Source of the DNA: Dehalococcoidia bacterium
GTDB taxonomy: Bacteria > Chloroflexota > Dehalococcoidia > UBA2979
Assembly (NCBI GenBank): GCA_965219085.1
Contig: OZ244720.1
Location: 896,001 to 960,000, forward strand
Direction: 5' to 3'
DNA length: 64,000 bases
The position numbers and the translations under genes are program-made. Below are positions 33,809 through 45,366 of this stretch, in pieces. The number at the start of each line of letters is the position of its first letter. Position 1 is the stretch's first letter. The notes under the pieces are model-generated. The model worked only from the letters and a program-made list of their open reading frames with translations, was not told the origin of the DNA and did not search any database.

Positions 33809-35092
33809 TCACGACTCGACCCTCACCACCTGGACGCGCGAGCGCGTCCACGGCTCGCTCTCGTCCTCGGCGGCGGCTTGCTCCTCCAGCGCCTCCATGC
33901 GCGTGGCGACTTCGGTCACCGGGATCGACCCCAGCGACTGCTGCCACGGCTGGTCGGAGGTCTTCACGACGTGCACGGTGTGCCCCTCGTGGCTCAGCCG
34001 CTGGAGCGTGGCCGTGAGGTCCGCCGGCATGAGCGCCGCCACGACGACGATGGTCGCCCCCAGCGACAGCGCCTGGCCGCGACGCTCGAGTTCGGCGGAG
34101 AGCGGGTGCATCGCGAACGGGTTGGTGCCCGCCAGGGCTTCGAGCACGCGTGTCAGCTGATCCGGACGGCGGCCCGCGCCGATGCGAACCGGACGGTCGG
34201 CATCGGGCAGCGCGCCGTTCGAGATGATGCCGAGCGCCGCCCTCCGCTCGAACGCGTCGCGAGCGATCGAGGCGGCCACCACCACGCCGCGCTCGAGCAG
34301 CACGGGGTCGGAACCCTCCCACGTGTGCTCCAGCGTCATGACGTCGAGCGCCACGATCAGCGCCTGCTCGCGCGAGGGCTCGTAGAGCTTCGACTGCAGC
34401 CGGTTGGCGCGCGCCGTCGCGTTCCAGTCGATCTGCTTCAGCGGGTCGCCGGGGATGTAGTCGCGCACGCCGACGACGCGGATCGGGTCGGGGAAGATCC
34501 GCGACCCGCCGCGGTGCTCGCCGAACGGCCGTGCGCTCACGACGCCGAGGTCGTCGAGCGCGTATGTGCGGGGGTAGACGATCAGGAGCTCCTGGCCGCC
34601 CACGTACTCTTCGCGCTCGAACAGGCCGAACAGGTCGCCCGACCTGAGTCGTGCGGGCCCCAGGCGGTGGTACCCGCGCGACACCGTGCGCATCTCGATC
34701 GGCCACTCGAGGCGGTCGCCGGAGCGCAGCGCCGTGGTGCGCGTGAGGTAGACGAACCCGGGCGTGCCGGCCGGAGAGGTCTTCGCGTCGATGACGGGCG
34801 CGTCGTCCGGCAGGCGCTCGCGCACCTCGATCCACGGCACGGGCAGGATTTTCTCGTTCGTGAGGTGCATCGTCACCTGCACGTTCTCGCCGACGAAGGC
34901 GCGGTGCTCGGACAGCTCGCGGCGATACTCCACGTCCTCGAGCGAGAGCCTCGACCACAGCCGCGCGGCGCCACCCGCGCCGAGCACGAGCGCGCCGAGG
35001 CCAAGCAGCGGCACGGACTCGATGGTGAGCCCGACCACGCCCAGGACCAGCGAAGCGGTCAGCCAGGACTCGCTGAGCAGGGAGCGCATCAT
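33809..35092 (-). CDS. DUF58-family protein
   Basis: RGYHRLGP, GDLFG, GVRDYIPGDPLKQIDWNATAR. Confidence 0.9.
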   Translation of the reverse strand: MMRSLLSESWLTASLVLGVVGLTIESVPLLGLGALVLGAGGAARLWSRLSLEDVEYRRELSEHRAFVGENVQVTMHLTNEKILPVPWIEVRERLPDDAPVIDAKTSPAGTPGFVYLTRTTALRSGDRLEWPIEMRTVSRGYHRLGPARLRSGDLFGLFEREEYVGGQELLIVYPRTYALDDLGVVSARPFGEHRGGSRIFPDPIRVVGVRDYIPGDPLKQIDWNATARANRLQSKLYEPSREQALIVALDVMTLEHTWEGSDPVLLERGVVVAASIARDAFERRAALGIISNGALPDADRPVRIGAGRRPDQLTRVLEALAGTNPFAMHPLSAELERRGQALSLGATIVVVAALMPADLTATLQRLSHEGHTVHVVKTSDQPWQQSLGSIPVTEVATRMEALEEQAAAEDESEPWTRSRVQVVRVES

Positions 35093-35096
35093 GCGG

Positions 35097-36365
<1,269 letters not shown>

Positions 36366-36491
36366 GGTGGCCCCCTCGTTACGTCGTCAGCGGGTGTGCA
36401 GGTGGGGAGGATAGCAGGCGAGGGCTTATGGACGGCGCGAGGGCGATCACGCTCGGTTCCGGGCCGCCCTCGAAGGGCCTAGACTGGAGCC

Positions 36492-37787
36492 ATGATCCGC
36501 CGGATTGCGATTCGCGGCTATAAGTCCCTGCAGGAGATCGACCTGCGCCTGAATCCTCTCACGATCGTCGTCGGCCCAAACGCCGCTGGCAAGAGCAACC
36601 TCTTGGACACCATCGGCCTGCTGAGCCGTACAGTCGAAGGTGACCCTCAATCCGCGTTCACTGAGCACCGTGGCGAGCCTCTGCGCTCATTCACGTTCGA
36701 CGAAACGGGTATCGAAGGCCTCATCCAGCGGGGAGATGCGTCCTTCCGTATCGATGTCGACGTCGAGTTGTCGGCCTCCGCAGTGGAAGAGGTGAACCGC
36801 ACCATCACACAAGCGCGCGAGGGGCACGAACCCGCGCGAGCTCTGGTCCGCGAGAGGCTCCTGGGATACTCGCTGGAGGTGCAGATGCGCACCGACTCGG
36901 GAGTACTACAGGTCACCGACGAGTCGCTACACGCGCTGAACCAGAGTCTTGAAGTGAAGCAATCGCGCAATCCGTTCTTATCCAGTGTGGCGAAGCCGGG
37001 AGGCATCGAGCGGCTTTCCCTACGCCTTGAACGACAAAGCCACCCGTTCGAGCATGACCTCGGGATGGGCCGCACGGTCGTATCTCTCCCGAACTACGCT
37101 CCGCACCACCCGCATCTCGTCGCGCTCCACGACGAACTTGCCTCTTGGTGTACCTACTATCTCGAACCCGAAGCCATGCGCCGCGACTCACCCGTGCGCG
37201 TCGTCACGAGACTCCCCCGCGACGGGTCCGACCTCGCTGCGTTCTATAACACCATGGAGAAGGAGCACCCCCTGACGTTTGCGGCTATGAATCGAGCGCT
37301 CCGGGTCGTGCTGCCTGGAATCGAGCGTGTCGGTGTTTCTACTACGGCCGCGGGACGCCTCCGCCTGTACGTGGTCGACGGGGGCGTGAGCTTCGAAGCG
37401 AGTGTACTGTCCGAGGGCACACTTCGCATTCTGGCGCTGATCGGTATCACGAACTCCCCGACCCCTGCATCCGTAGTCGGCTACGAGGAACCTGAGAACG
37501 GCGTGTACCCTGCGCGCCTCTCGTGGATCGCGAGCCTGTTCGAGGAAGCATCCAGGGGCGGAGACACGCAGTTCATTCTGAATACGCACTCCGCTGACTT
37601 CCCGGCGAAATTCTCGGGCAAGAGCGCTCTTCTGCTTCGCTGCTTCAAGGACCGCGGGGCTACGCGGTTTGACGAGATCGACAGCCGTCCGCTGTTCGAA
37701 CCGGAGATTCGAGCTGCTCTCGATGAGAACCGGCTTACGCCGGTTTCGCCGCTCTCAACGCGCATCGAGCGAGGCGATTTCCTGTAG
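36492..37787 (+). CDS. ABC/AAA_21-type ATPase, putative defence or toxin-antitoxin component
   Basis: GYKSL, Walker A GPNAAGKS, signature LSEGT, Walker B YEEPENG, H-loop THS. Confidence 0.88.
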   Translation: MIRRIAIRGYKSLQEIDLRLNPLTIVVGPNAAGKSNLLDTIGLLSRTVEGDPQSAFTEHRGEPLRSFTFDETGIEGLIQRGDASFRIDVDVELSASAVEEVNRTITQAREGHEPARALVRERLLGYSLEVQMRTDSGVLQVTDESLHALNQSLEVKQSRNPFLSSVAKPGGIERLSLRLERQSHPFEHDLGMGRTVVSLPNYAPHHPHLVALHDELASWCTYYLEPEAMRRDSPVRVVTRLPRDGSDLAAFYNTMEKEHPLTFAAMNRALRVVLPGIERVGVSTTAAGRLRLYVVDGGVSFEASVLSEGTLRILALIGITNSPTPASVVGYEEPENGVYPARLSWIASLFEEASRGGDTQFILNTHSADFPAKFSGKSALLLRCFKDRGATRFDEIDSRPLFEPEIRAALDENRLTPVSPLSTRIERGDFL

Positions 37788-37896
37788 GTGCGAGTTCTGT
37801 ACGTACTGGAAGACCACGCGCATGCGCAGTTCGTCCCTCCGCTCTTGGGGAGAATCTCAACGGACGTTGGGGTCGACCTCGACGGACGAGCACTAA

Positions 37897-39072
37897 GGAT
37901 GGTCTGATCAGGTGGCGTGTCGGGCGCGGTGCGTATCGATCAGCGTGCCGAGCCGCGCTGTGGGGGCCCGATACCGCGGTCCATGGGTGGTCTCGCCTCC
38001 ATGTCGCTCCGGGAGCGCTCCGGCGGGCGATTCGGGACGCACGGCTCCCGCGATCACGCGAGCTGAGGCTCAGCTCGCAACAGGTTCGTGAAGCCGAGCA
38101 GCAGCATGAGACGCTGGCGGTTCTTCTCAAGACCCCGGTAGCGGACCTGCGCGTACCCGAAGTGCCGCTTCACGTAGAGAAACGGATGCTCAGCCTTGGC
38201 ACGCACCGAGGCCTTGCGCCGCTCCGCCTGCGCCTCCTCGCCCCCCGGCGCCAGCTGCCGCCTGAGACCCGGACGCATCGCCACCTGCCAGCTCACCTCC
38301 GACCCCGCGTGCTCCGGGCGCTTCTCCACTCCCTGGTAGCCGGCGTCGCCCCACGCCTCCGTCTCACCCCCGTGCAAGAGGCGATGAGCCTCGGTCACGT
38401 CGGAGACGTTCGCCGCCGTCGTGCTCACGCTGTGGACCAGCCCCGTCCGCGCATCCGTGCCGGTGTGCAGCTTCATCCCGAAGTACCACTGCCGGCCCTT
38501 GCTGGTCTGGTGCATCTCGGGGTCGCGCGCACGCTCGCGGTTCTTCGTCGATGACGGCGCGCTGATGATCGTGGAGTCCACGATCGTGCCCTCGCGCACC
38601 TGCAGACCCTGCCGTGCCAGGTGCGCGTTGATCGTCGCGAACAGCTCCGTTCCCAGCTGATGGCGCTCCAGCAGGTGGCGGAAGTTGAGGATCGTCGTCT
38701 CATCGGGAATCGGCTCGGAGAGGCTGAGACCGGCGAACTCGAGCATCGAACGGGAGTCGTAGAGTTCCTGCTCCATGCCGGGGTCGCTGAGGTTGAACCA
38801 GAGCTGCAGGCAGTGGATGCGCAGCATCACGCGCAGCGCGTAGGGGCGGCGTCCGCGGCCGCGCTTTGGATAGACGGGCGCGATGCGCTGCTCCAGCTCA
38901 GCCCAGGGGACGAGCCTGTCCATGCGCTCGAGGAACGTCTGCCGCCTCGTCTTGACCTTCTTGTGCTCGTACTCGACGCTGCCGAACGAACGCTGCTGCA
39001 TGGGTCGCCCCTCTCCGGGTCGCCCCATGATCGCATCTGCTCACCCGCTCAGGCGAGTTGTTCAGACCATCC
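37897..39072 (-). mobile_element. IS5-family insertion sequence, 1176 bp, CTAA target duplication
   Basis: Ends GGATGGTCTGA...TCAGACCATCC; CTAA at 37893-37896 and 39073-39076. Confidence 0.93.
38054..39001 (-). CDS. IS5-family transposase (intact)
   Basis: PDETTILNFRHLLE, IVDSTII, WYFGMKLH, GDAGYQG, RAKAEHPF, RYRGLEKN. Confidence 0.95.
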   Translation of the reverse strand: MQQRSFGSVEYEHKKVKTRRQTFLERMDRLVPWAELEQRIAPVYPKRGRGRRPYALRVMLRIHCLQLWFNLSDPGMEQELYDSRSMLEFAGLSLSEPIPDETTILNFRHLLERHQLGTELFATINAHLARQGLQVREGTIVDSTIISAPSSTKNRERARDPEMHQTSKGRQWYFGMKLHTGTDARTGLVHSVSTTAANVSDVTEAHRLLHGGETEAWGDAGYQGVEKRPEHAGSEVSWQVAMRPGLRRQLAPGGEEAQAERRKASVRAKAEHPFLYVKRHFGYAQVRYRGLEKNRQRLMLLLGFTNLLRAEPQLA

Positions 39073-39677
39073 CTAACAGCCATGGGTGGCGCTGGGCGAA
39101 CCATCGCCGGGCTCCGTCAACTACTGGTCGATATCAGAAGTGGGGTTGTCGATCGCCCGATGCGATTGTCGTCGGCGTCGACGCGGACTGCGATCAGGGC
39201 GACCGCCGGCGGCAGGTCGAACGTGCAGTGGAGCTTGAGGAGTACGACGGCGTTGTGCTCACTGCTGAGCCTGATCCCCACATCGAGGCTTGGTATCTGG
39301 CCGACGCGGCGTACGTTCAAGAATTGCTTCGCACGTCAGAGCGTCCCGCCACTCCAAGAGCGAGGTGCAGGAAGGACGAGTACAAGAACCAGCTCCGAGC
39401 GATCGTCCGGTCCAGTGGAGCGCCGGCCCCTCTCGGCGGTGTCGAGTTCGGCCCTGAGATTGCTGAAGGCACGAGCCTGTTCCGAGCCGGCCGGGACGTG
39501 CGATCGCTCGGACAGTTCGTCGACGAGGCCCGTGCGCTCTTGCGACAGTACGCAGCCTAGCCCTCGCAACTCCACCGTCGGCTGGCGACGCCCACCGGAG
39601 GCCGACCGCTAAGGCCGCGATCGTTTAGCCTTCCCGCCGGAGCACAGTTCAGGTTTCCCGCCGGAGGAGGCGCGCGC

Positions 39678-40610
39678 ATGGCGTTCACCAAGGTCCACCA
39701 CATCGGCATCCTCGTCGATGAGCTCGAGGTCGGGCGTCACGTCTTCTGCGACGGCTGGGGCCTCGCCGTCAACGAGCACCACTCCCCCTGGCCCGACGGC
39801 CGCCCCGGCACCATCGACGGCACCACCAGCATCGAGATCCCCATCGGCGAGATGTACCTCGAGATCAGCGCGCCCGACGGCGACACCGGCCCCGCCGCCG
39901 AGTTCGTCGCCGACCGTCGCGCCGGCATGTACTGGATCGCGCTCGCCTCCAGCGACCTCGCCGGCGACGTGGCGATGCTGCAGGCCAACGGCGTCGCGAC
40001 CGAGGGCGAGTGGGACGGGGCGAGCGCCGTCTTCCTCGACCCCGCCGACACGCTCGGCCTGCGCATCCAGATCGTCGCCGAGGACGGCTACTACACCCAC
40101 CCGCACTACCTCGGCACGGGCATCCTCACCGGCATGGGCCACGTCGGCATCGCCGCGCGCTCGATGGACGAGATCCGCGACCTCTTCGGCGGCAAGTTCG
40201 GCCTCGCCGAAGACCCCTTCGAGGAGCGCGGCCTCGATAGCGACGACTACGAGGACGACGGCGAAGACCGCAACGCCGACGACCCCGTGCACCTCGTCGA
40301 GTACCCGCTCGGCGGGACGGTGATCGAGATCAGCGTGCCGACGACCGACACGAGCGGCACGGCGCGGCTGGTGCAGAACCGCGCGCCGCTCGGCGCCGTC
40401 TACCACCACATCGCGCCCTACGCGCCCGACGTGCATCGTTCGGCCGAGACCGGCGTGGCCGCCGGACTCGTGCTGATCGACCCCGTGCCGCCGCGCGAGG
40501 AGGGCCGCGAGGTACACGTCGCGTGGTTCCACCCGCGCACATGCGTCGGCACCCTGGTCGAGATCTGGGACCGCCCGCCCGGCGGCGGCCACCTGCGCCA
40601 GTACGAGTAG
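39678..40610 (+). CDS. Two-domain VOC/glyoxalase (methylmalonyl-CoA epimerase-like) protein
   Basis: VHHIGILV, MGHVGIAA, YHHIAP, WFHPR..GTLVEI. Confidence 0.8.
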   Translation: MAFTKVHHIGILVDELEVGRHVFCDGWGLAVNEHHSPWPDGRPGTIDGTTSIEIPIGEMYLEISAPDGDTGPAAEFVADRRAGMYWIALASSDLAGDVAMLQANGVATEGEWDGASAVFLDPADTLGLRIQIVAEDGYYTHPHYLGTGILTGMGHVGIAARSMDEIRDLFGGKFGLAEDPFEERGLDSDDYEDDGEDRNADDPVHLVEYPLGGTVIEISVPTTDTSGTARLVQNRAPLGAVYHHIAPYAPDVHRSAETGVAAGLVLIDPVPPREEGREVHVAWFHPRTCVGTLVEIWDRPPGGGHLRQYE

Positions 40611-40683
40611 CTCGACGCGAACACACGGCCCGCGCCGCCACGCGGTCGGGCCACCATCGAGAGGCCAGCGAGAGGAACTGCCA

Positions 40684-41259
40684 GTGCTTCGCAGCTTCAA
40701 CGGCAAGTCGCCCAGGGTGCACCCCACCGCCTTCGTCAGCGAGATGGCCTACGTCATCGGCGACGTCGAGATCGGGCCGTACTCGAGCGTGTGGCCGGGC
40801 ACCATCATCCGCGGCGACCACCACAAGATCGTCCTCGGCGCGTATGTCGACATCCAGGACAACTGCGTCGTCCACACCGACAGCGACGCCGTCTACGGCG
40901 ACTACGTGACGCTCGGCCACCACGTCATCTGCCACGCCAAGGCTGTCGGCACGAACTCGCTGATCGGCAACGGCGCGGTCGTCAACGGCGAGGTCAACAT
41001 CGGTGAGTACTCGATCGTCGCCGCAGGCTCGGTCGTGCTCGACAACGCCGAGATCCCGGCGCGCTCGTTCGTCGTTGGCGCGCCGGCGGAGGTGCGACGC
41101 CCGACCGAGGAGCGCCACCACCAGATGGCGCGTGGCGTCGCGCAGGGCTACGCGCGCAACGGCCAGGACTTCAAGGAGGCCGGCCTCGGCGACGTGCCCG
41201 AGGAGTTCCTGATGGCCGACGCCACCACGGACGTCCCGCCCCCGCCGGAACGAAGCTAG
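40684..41259 (+). CDS. Gamma carbonic anhydrase family protein
   Basis: IGDVEIG, IRGD, IQDNCVVH, GHHVICH hexapeptide repeats. Confidence 0.9.
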   Translation: MLRSFNGKSPRVHPTAFVSEMAYVIGDVEIGPYSSVWPGTIIRGDHHKIVLGAYVDIQDNCVVHTDSDAVYGDYVTLGHHVICHAKAVGTNSLIGNGAVVNGEVNIGEYSIVAAGSVVLDNAEIPARSFVVGAPAEVRRPTEERHHQMARGVAQGYARNGQDFKEAGLGDVPEEFLMADATTDVPPPPERS

Positions 41260-41303
41260 CCCGCCTCGACGCGCTGCTCGCTGACGACGCCCTGCGTGAC
41301 GTG

Positions 41304-41684
41304 ATGAGCGACGCGAACTCGCGGCTCGTCTATTCGAGCGACGAGGGGCGCGTGCGTCCGCCGTCCCGTCCCGCCGCTCCCGCCCGCCGGGCGTCGCGAT
41401 CGCGGGGGCCCGAGGCGTCCGGCAGGCTGCCGCGGGACCCCGGCGACGGCGTCGTGCGGCTGCATCGCGACCGGTCGGGACGGGACGGCACGCGCGGCAC
41501 CATCGTCGTCGGGCTGCCCGGGTCCGACGCGGACCTCGACGCCATGCTCAAGCACTGCAAGCAGCGGTTGGGCGCGGGCGGCACACGCCGGGGCCGCGCG
41601 CTGCTGATCCAGGGCGACCACCGCGAGCCGTTGCGAGCGCTGCTCGAGGCCGACGGGCACGCAGTCAAGCTCGTCGGCGGCTAA
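41304..41684 (+). CDS. yciH: SUI1/YciH translation initiation factor family protein
   Basis: SRLVYSSD, DGVVRLHR, GAGGT, IQGDHR. Confidence 0.8.
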   Translation: MSDANSRLVYSSDEGRVRPPSRPAAPARRASRSRGPEASGRLPRDPGDGVVRLHRDRSGRDGTRGTIVVGLPGSDADLDAMLKHCKQRLGAGGTRRGRALLIQGDHREPLRALLEADGHAVKLVGG

Positions 41685-41727
41685 GCTCGCCCACCCTGCA
41701 TCGATGCGCGCGCGGTAGCATCGCGGC

Positions 41728-42381
41728 ATGCGCATCGGCGTGCTCTCCGACACCCACCTCCCCGGCCCGCTCGCCGAGGTCTCAGACCTCGGCGGCCGCA
41801 CGCTTGAGGTCTTCGCGGGCGTCGACCTGATCATGCACGCGGGCGACGTGGTGCTCCCGCGCGTGCTCGACTGGTGCGAACAGTTCGCGCCGGTGGTGTG
41901 CTCGCTCGGCGGGCAGGACCACTTCAGCGACCCGCGCTGCGCGCGCGTGCAGTACGTCGAGCACGCGGGCTGGCGGGTCGGCATGGTGCACGACGTCGAG
42001 GCGATCCCGCGCCACATCGACACGCCGCGCCAGCTCGCCGCCGAGGTCTACGGCGACGCCTCGCTCGACATCCTGATCGCGGGCGACTCGCACTACGAGC
42101 GCCTCGTCTACCGCGACGATGTGCTGCTGCTCGATCCCGGCAGCCCGACGTTCCCGCACCACCAGCGCACGCGCCTCGGCTCGGTCGCGCTCCTCGAACT
42201 CACCGCCGACGCCGTCCACGCCGAGCTCGTCCTGCTCGGCGAGACTCCCGACGCCCCCAACCCCTGCACCCCCGCCTCGGTCACCTACGACCGCACGGGC
42301 CTCATCGAGGCCTCGGTCGCCGGCGAGCCCGTCGAGCGCATGGCGTTCCGGTCGCCGCGCGCGCCGCGGTTGCGGGTGTAG
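41728..42381 (+). CDS. YfcE-type metallophosphoesterase
   Basis: SDTH, HAGD, DSH, DPGSPT. Confidence 0.8.
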   Translation: MRIGVLSDTHLPGPLAEVSDLGGRTLEVFAGVDLIMHAGDVVLPRVLDWCEQFAPVVCSLGGQDHFSDPRCARVQYVEHAGWRVGMVHDVEAIPRHIDTPRQLAAEVYGDASLDILIAGDSHYERLVYRDDVLLLDPGSPTFPHHQRTRLGSVALLELTADAVHAELVLLGETPDAPNPCTPASVTYDRTGLIEASVAGEPVERMAFRSPRAPRLRV

Positions 42382-42383
42382 GG

Positions 42384-44003
42384 CTACGGCGGGTTCGGGC
42401 TCTCGAACAGGCTGCGTGCAATCGCGATCACCCGATCGGCGGCGTCGGGGCCACCACGAAAGCCGAGGCTGCCGCTGATTCCGTACACGGTATACCCGGC
42501 GCCCGTGGCGGCGTCATAGACCTCGACTTCTACCGGTGTGCTGCGATCATGGTCAGGACCGAGCGGGCTGTACATGACCGTCGCCGGGCGGTCCGCGATC
42601 ATGCGAAACTCACGCACGATCAACTCGCCGACGTTCGTCGTCCAACTCGCGCCCCAGGCGATCGAGAGCCCGGAGGCGTATGCGCCCATAATGCGCACCG
42701 CCTGCTGGCCCGCAGGACCGACGTAGGTCGCCCAATACCCGTCAAGTTTGCCGGCATACGTGCCGCTCCGCACGCTGGCGAGCCGCCAGTCCTCCGGCAG
42801 CCTCGGCTCGCGCCAGTAGGGCAGCAGCCGTGCCTCGTCCACGTCGCCTGTATGGACATGGGGCACGCTGCTCGCGAGCAGCGTCAACTCGCGCCATCGC
42901 GTCGGCTCGACCGCGATCGTCGCGCCGGGCGCGACCTCCCCGCTCGGAAGCAACACGCCGTCCGGCACGAGCTGCCGCACGCCGTGCACGACGGCGAAGT
43001 CCGTCAGCTTGGTCCCGCCGAGGTGATCGAGCGGCAGCTCGGACGCTGCGATGAACTGCGCCGCTGCGGACGTCGGTACTGAACCCGTCTGGCAACTCTG
43101 GAACGCATATGTCTCCGGCTGCACCTCGAATTCTCGGACGGCCGCCGCGGACGCCGCGTCGGTCGTGCTCGTCACGCGGTAGCGCACGAAGCAGTCCTCG
43201 GCCTGCAGCCACTCGACCACATCGCCCGTCTCGACGCCGTCGTAGAACGCCACGTGCGAGGCGCCGTCGGCGTCGGTGGTGTGGACGCGCATCACGGTCG
43301 ACTCAGTGCGTAGCTCCTCGTACGTCTCGACGACGCGCGTCGTGTCGCCGTCGGGCATCAGGAAGGCGTAGCTGCCCGGCGTCGACGCCTCGCCGGTGGG
43401 GTCGAAGCGGTCGTAACGCATCGCCGGGCCGCCGGGCGCTGGCGTGGGGCTCGGGTCGGGCGTAGGCGTGGCCGTCGCGTCGGGAGTCGGTGTCGGGCTC
43501 GGCGAGGGGGTGGTCGTCGGCGTGGCCGCGGGCGTTGGCGTTGCGGTCGGCGTCGGTGCGGGCGTCGAGGTGGCCTCGGGCGTGGCGAGCGAGGGGAGGG
43601 CGATCGAGGACGGCCCACCGTCACCCGGCACGCCGACGAGTACCACGGCCACCACCGCCACGGCCGCGACCACCCCAACCGCGACGCCGACGGCGGCCGC
43701 CGTCCCCAGCCCCACCCACACGAGCGGACGCACGACGTACGCGAGCGCGGCCGGGACGGCAAACCACGCCGGCAGGCGCCCTCGACGCTCCTCGGGGCGC
43801 CAGGCGGCGAGCTCGTGCCGGCCCGGCAGGTCCAGCTTCCCGAGCATGTTCGAGATGTGGTACTTGGCGGCGTCGAGAGAGATGCCGAGGCGTGCGGCGA
43901 TCTCGGCGTTTGTGCCGCCGTCGCGCAGCGCGTCGAGCACGCGCCACTCGGCCGGCGTCAGGACGTCCGGGTGCCGGGGCCGCCCGCCACGATTGCGCTC
44001 CAT
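42384..44003 (-). CDS. Membrane-anchored LuxR-HTH protein with Pro/Thr stalk and an unknown extracytoplasmic domain (type A)
   Basis: LTPAEWRVLDALRDGGTNAEIAARLGISLDAAKYHISNMLGKL, Val/Ala-rich TM helix, PT linker. Confidence 0.85.
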   Translation of the reverse strand: MERNRGGRPRHPDVLTPAEWRVLDALRDGGTNAEIAARLGISLDAAKYHISNMLGKLDLPGRHELAAWRPEERRGRLPAWFAVPAALAYVVRPLVWVGLGTAAAVGVAVGVVAAVAVVAVVLVGVPGDGGPSSIALPSLATPEATSTPAPTPTATPTPAATPTTTPSPSPTPTPDATATPTPDPSPTPAPGGPAMRYDRFDPTGEASTPGSYAFLMPDGDTTRVVETYEELRTESTVMRVHTTDADGASHVAFYDGVETGDVVEWLQAEDCFVRYRVTSTTDAASAAAVREFEVQPETYAFQSCQTGSVPTSAAAQFIAASELPLDHLGGTKLTDFAVVHGVRQLVPDGVLLPSGEVAPGATIAVEPTRWRELTLLASSVPHVHTGDVDEARLLPYWREPRLPEDWRLASVRSGTYAGKLDGYWATYVGPAGQQAVRIMGAYASGLSIAWGASWTTNVGELIVREFRMIADRPATVMYSPLGPDHDRSTPVEVEVYDAATGAGYTVYGISGSLGFRGGPDAADRVIAIARSLFESPNPP

Positions 44004-44132
44004 CGAACCATCGTAGACCGCACGCCTGCGAGGTTTCCCTACCCGACCGCCGACCAGTCCGCCCGCTCCGCAGCCGCCTTGCTATCCTCGACACCCCCGG
44101 CGCGCTGCCGGGCGCGGCGAGGGGACGACGGC

Positions 44133-45362
44133 ATGCGCGCGGAGATCGTTTCGATCGGCACCGAGATCATGCTCGGCGAGATCACCGACACCAACGCCGC
44201 CTTTATCGCCTCGCAGCTCCCGGCGTTCGGCATCGACCTGCTCTACGTCACGCAGGTCGGCGACAACCCCGGCCGCCTCCACGATGTGCTCGCCCGCGCA
44301 CGCGAGCGCTCCGACTACACCTTCGCCACGGGCGGCCTCGGCCCCACCGAGGACGACGTGACACGCGAGGCCGTCGCCTCGGTGCTCGGCGAGGAGGTCT
44401 CCGTCGACGACGAGCAGCGTGCCCTCCTCGAAGGCCGCTTCGGGGAGCGCGGGCGCACGCTCATCGAGCGCAACATGAAGCAGGCGTGGCTCATCCCCTC
44501 GGCGCGCGCCATCGCCAACCCGCGCGGCACCGCGCCCGGCTGGTGGGTGGAGCGCGGCGGGCGCGTGACCGTGCTCATGCCGGGCCCGCCGGCCGAGATG
44601 ACCCACATGTGGGAGCACGAGGTCGCCCCGGAGCTCGAACGCCGCGCCGACGCCATCCTCGTCTCCCACACGCTCAAGACCGCCGGCCTCGGCGAGTCGA
44701 TGGTCGACCAGATGCTGGAGCCGCTGCTCAGCACCTCGAACCCCTCGATCGGGCTCTACGCGCGGCGCGACGGCGTGCACGTGCGCATCAGCGCCAAGGC
44801 CCCGACGCGCGACGAGGCGTGGCGGCTCATCGAGCCGGTCGGCGACCGGGCGCGGGCGATCCTCGGCCCCAACGTGTGGGGCGAGGACGAGGACACGCTC
44901 GCCGCCGGCGTCGGGCGGCTGCTGCGCGAGCGCGGGATGACGCTCGCCGTCATGGAGTCGGCCACGGGCGGCTCGATCGCGAACGCGATCACGGACGTCG
45001 CAGGCTCCTCGGAGTACTTCCGCGGTAGCCTCGTCACCTACGCGACCGAGGCGAAGCTCGCGCACGGCGTGCCGCCCGAGGTGCCCGCCGCGCACGGCGT
45101 GATCTCGCGCGAGACGGCGGAGGCGATGGCGGCCGCGGCGCGCGTGGCCCTCGGCGCCGACCTCGGCCTCGGCCTGACGGGCATCGCCGGCGCCGAGGAG
45201 GTCGAGGGCCAGCCCCCCGGCACGATGCACCTCGCGCTCACCGACGGCGAGCGCGTGACGTACGAGACGTGGTCGTACTACCAGGGCCGGGAGGCGGCAA
45301 AGCGCCGCGCGACGACGCAGGCGTTGAACATGGTGCGGACGTGGTTGTTGGGTGAGGGGTAG
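44133..45362 (+). CDS. cinA: CinA-family protein (MoCF-binding-like plus NMN deamidase-like domains)
   Basis: IGTEIMLGEITDTN, VGDN, GGLGPTEDD, GTAPG, ESATGG, AMA. Confidence 0.92.
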   Translation: MRAEIVSIGTEIMLGEITDTNAAFIASQLPAFGIDLLYVTQVGDNPGRLHDVLARARERSDYTFATGGLGPTEDDVTREAVASVLGEEVSVDDEQRALLEGRFGERGRTLIERNMKQAWLIPSARAIANPRGTAPGWWVERGGRVTVLMPGPPAEMTHMWEHEVAPELERRADAILVSHTLKTAGLGESMVDQMLEPLLSTSNPSIGLYARRDGVHVRISAKAPTRDEAWRLIEPVGDRARAILGPNVWGEDEDTLAAGVGRLLRERGMTLAVMESATGGSIANAITDVAGSSEYFRGSLVTYATEAKLAHGVPPEVPAAHGVISRETAEAMAAAARVALGADLGLGLTGIAGAEEVEGQPPGTMHLALTDGERVTYETWSYYQGREAAKRRATTQALNMVRTWLLGEG

Positions 45363-45366
45363 CCGG

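Larger units (their letters stand above)
37788..39560 (+). pseudogene. DUF4276/TOPRIM-like partner gene interrupted by IS5 and frameshifted near 39155
   Basis: MRVLYVLEDH...GRAL|TAMGG rejoins in frame once the IS and one CTAA are removed; VDAD and PHIEAWYLAD motifs downstream. Confidence 0.8.

Noticed and set aside
43815-44132. Long N-terminal extensions in the ORF track for cinA, lpdA, aceF, lipB, pyrF, higA and DUF58
   Set aside because: They overlap neighbouring genes and better downstream starts exist, unlike the IspH case
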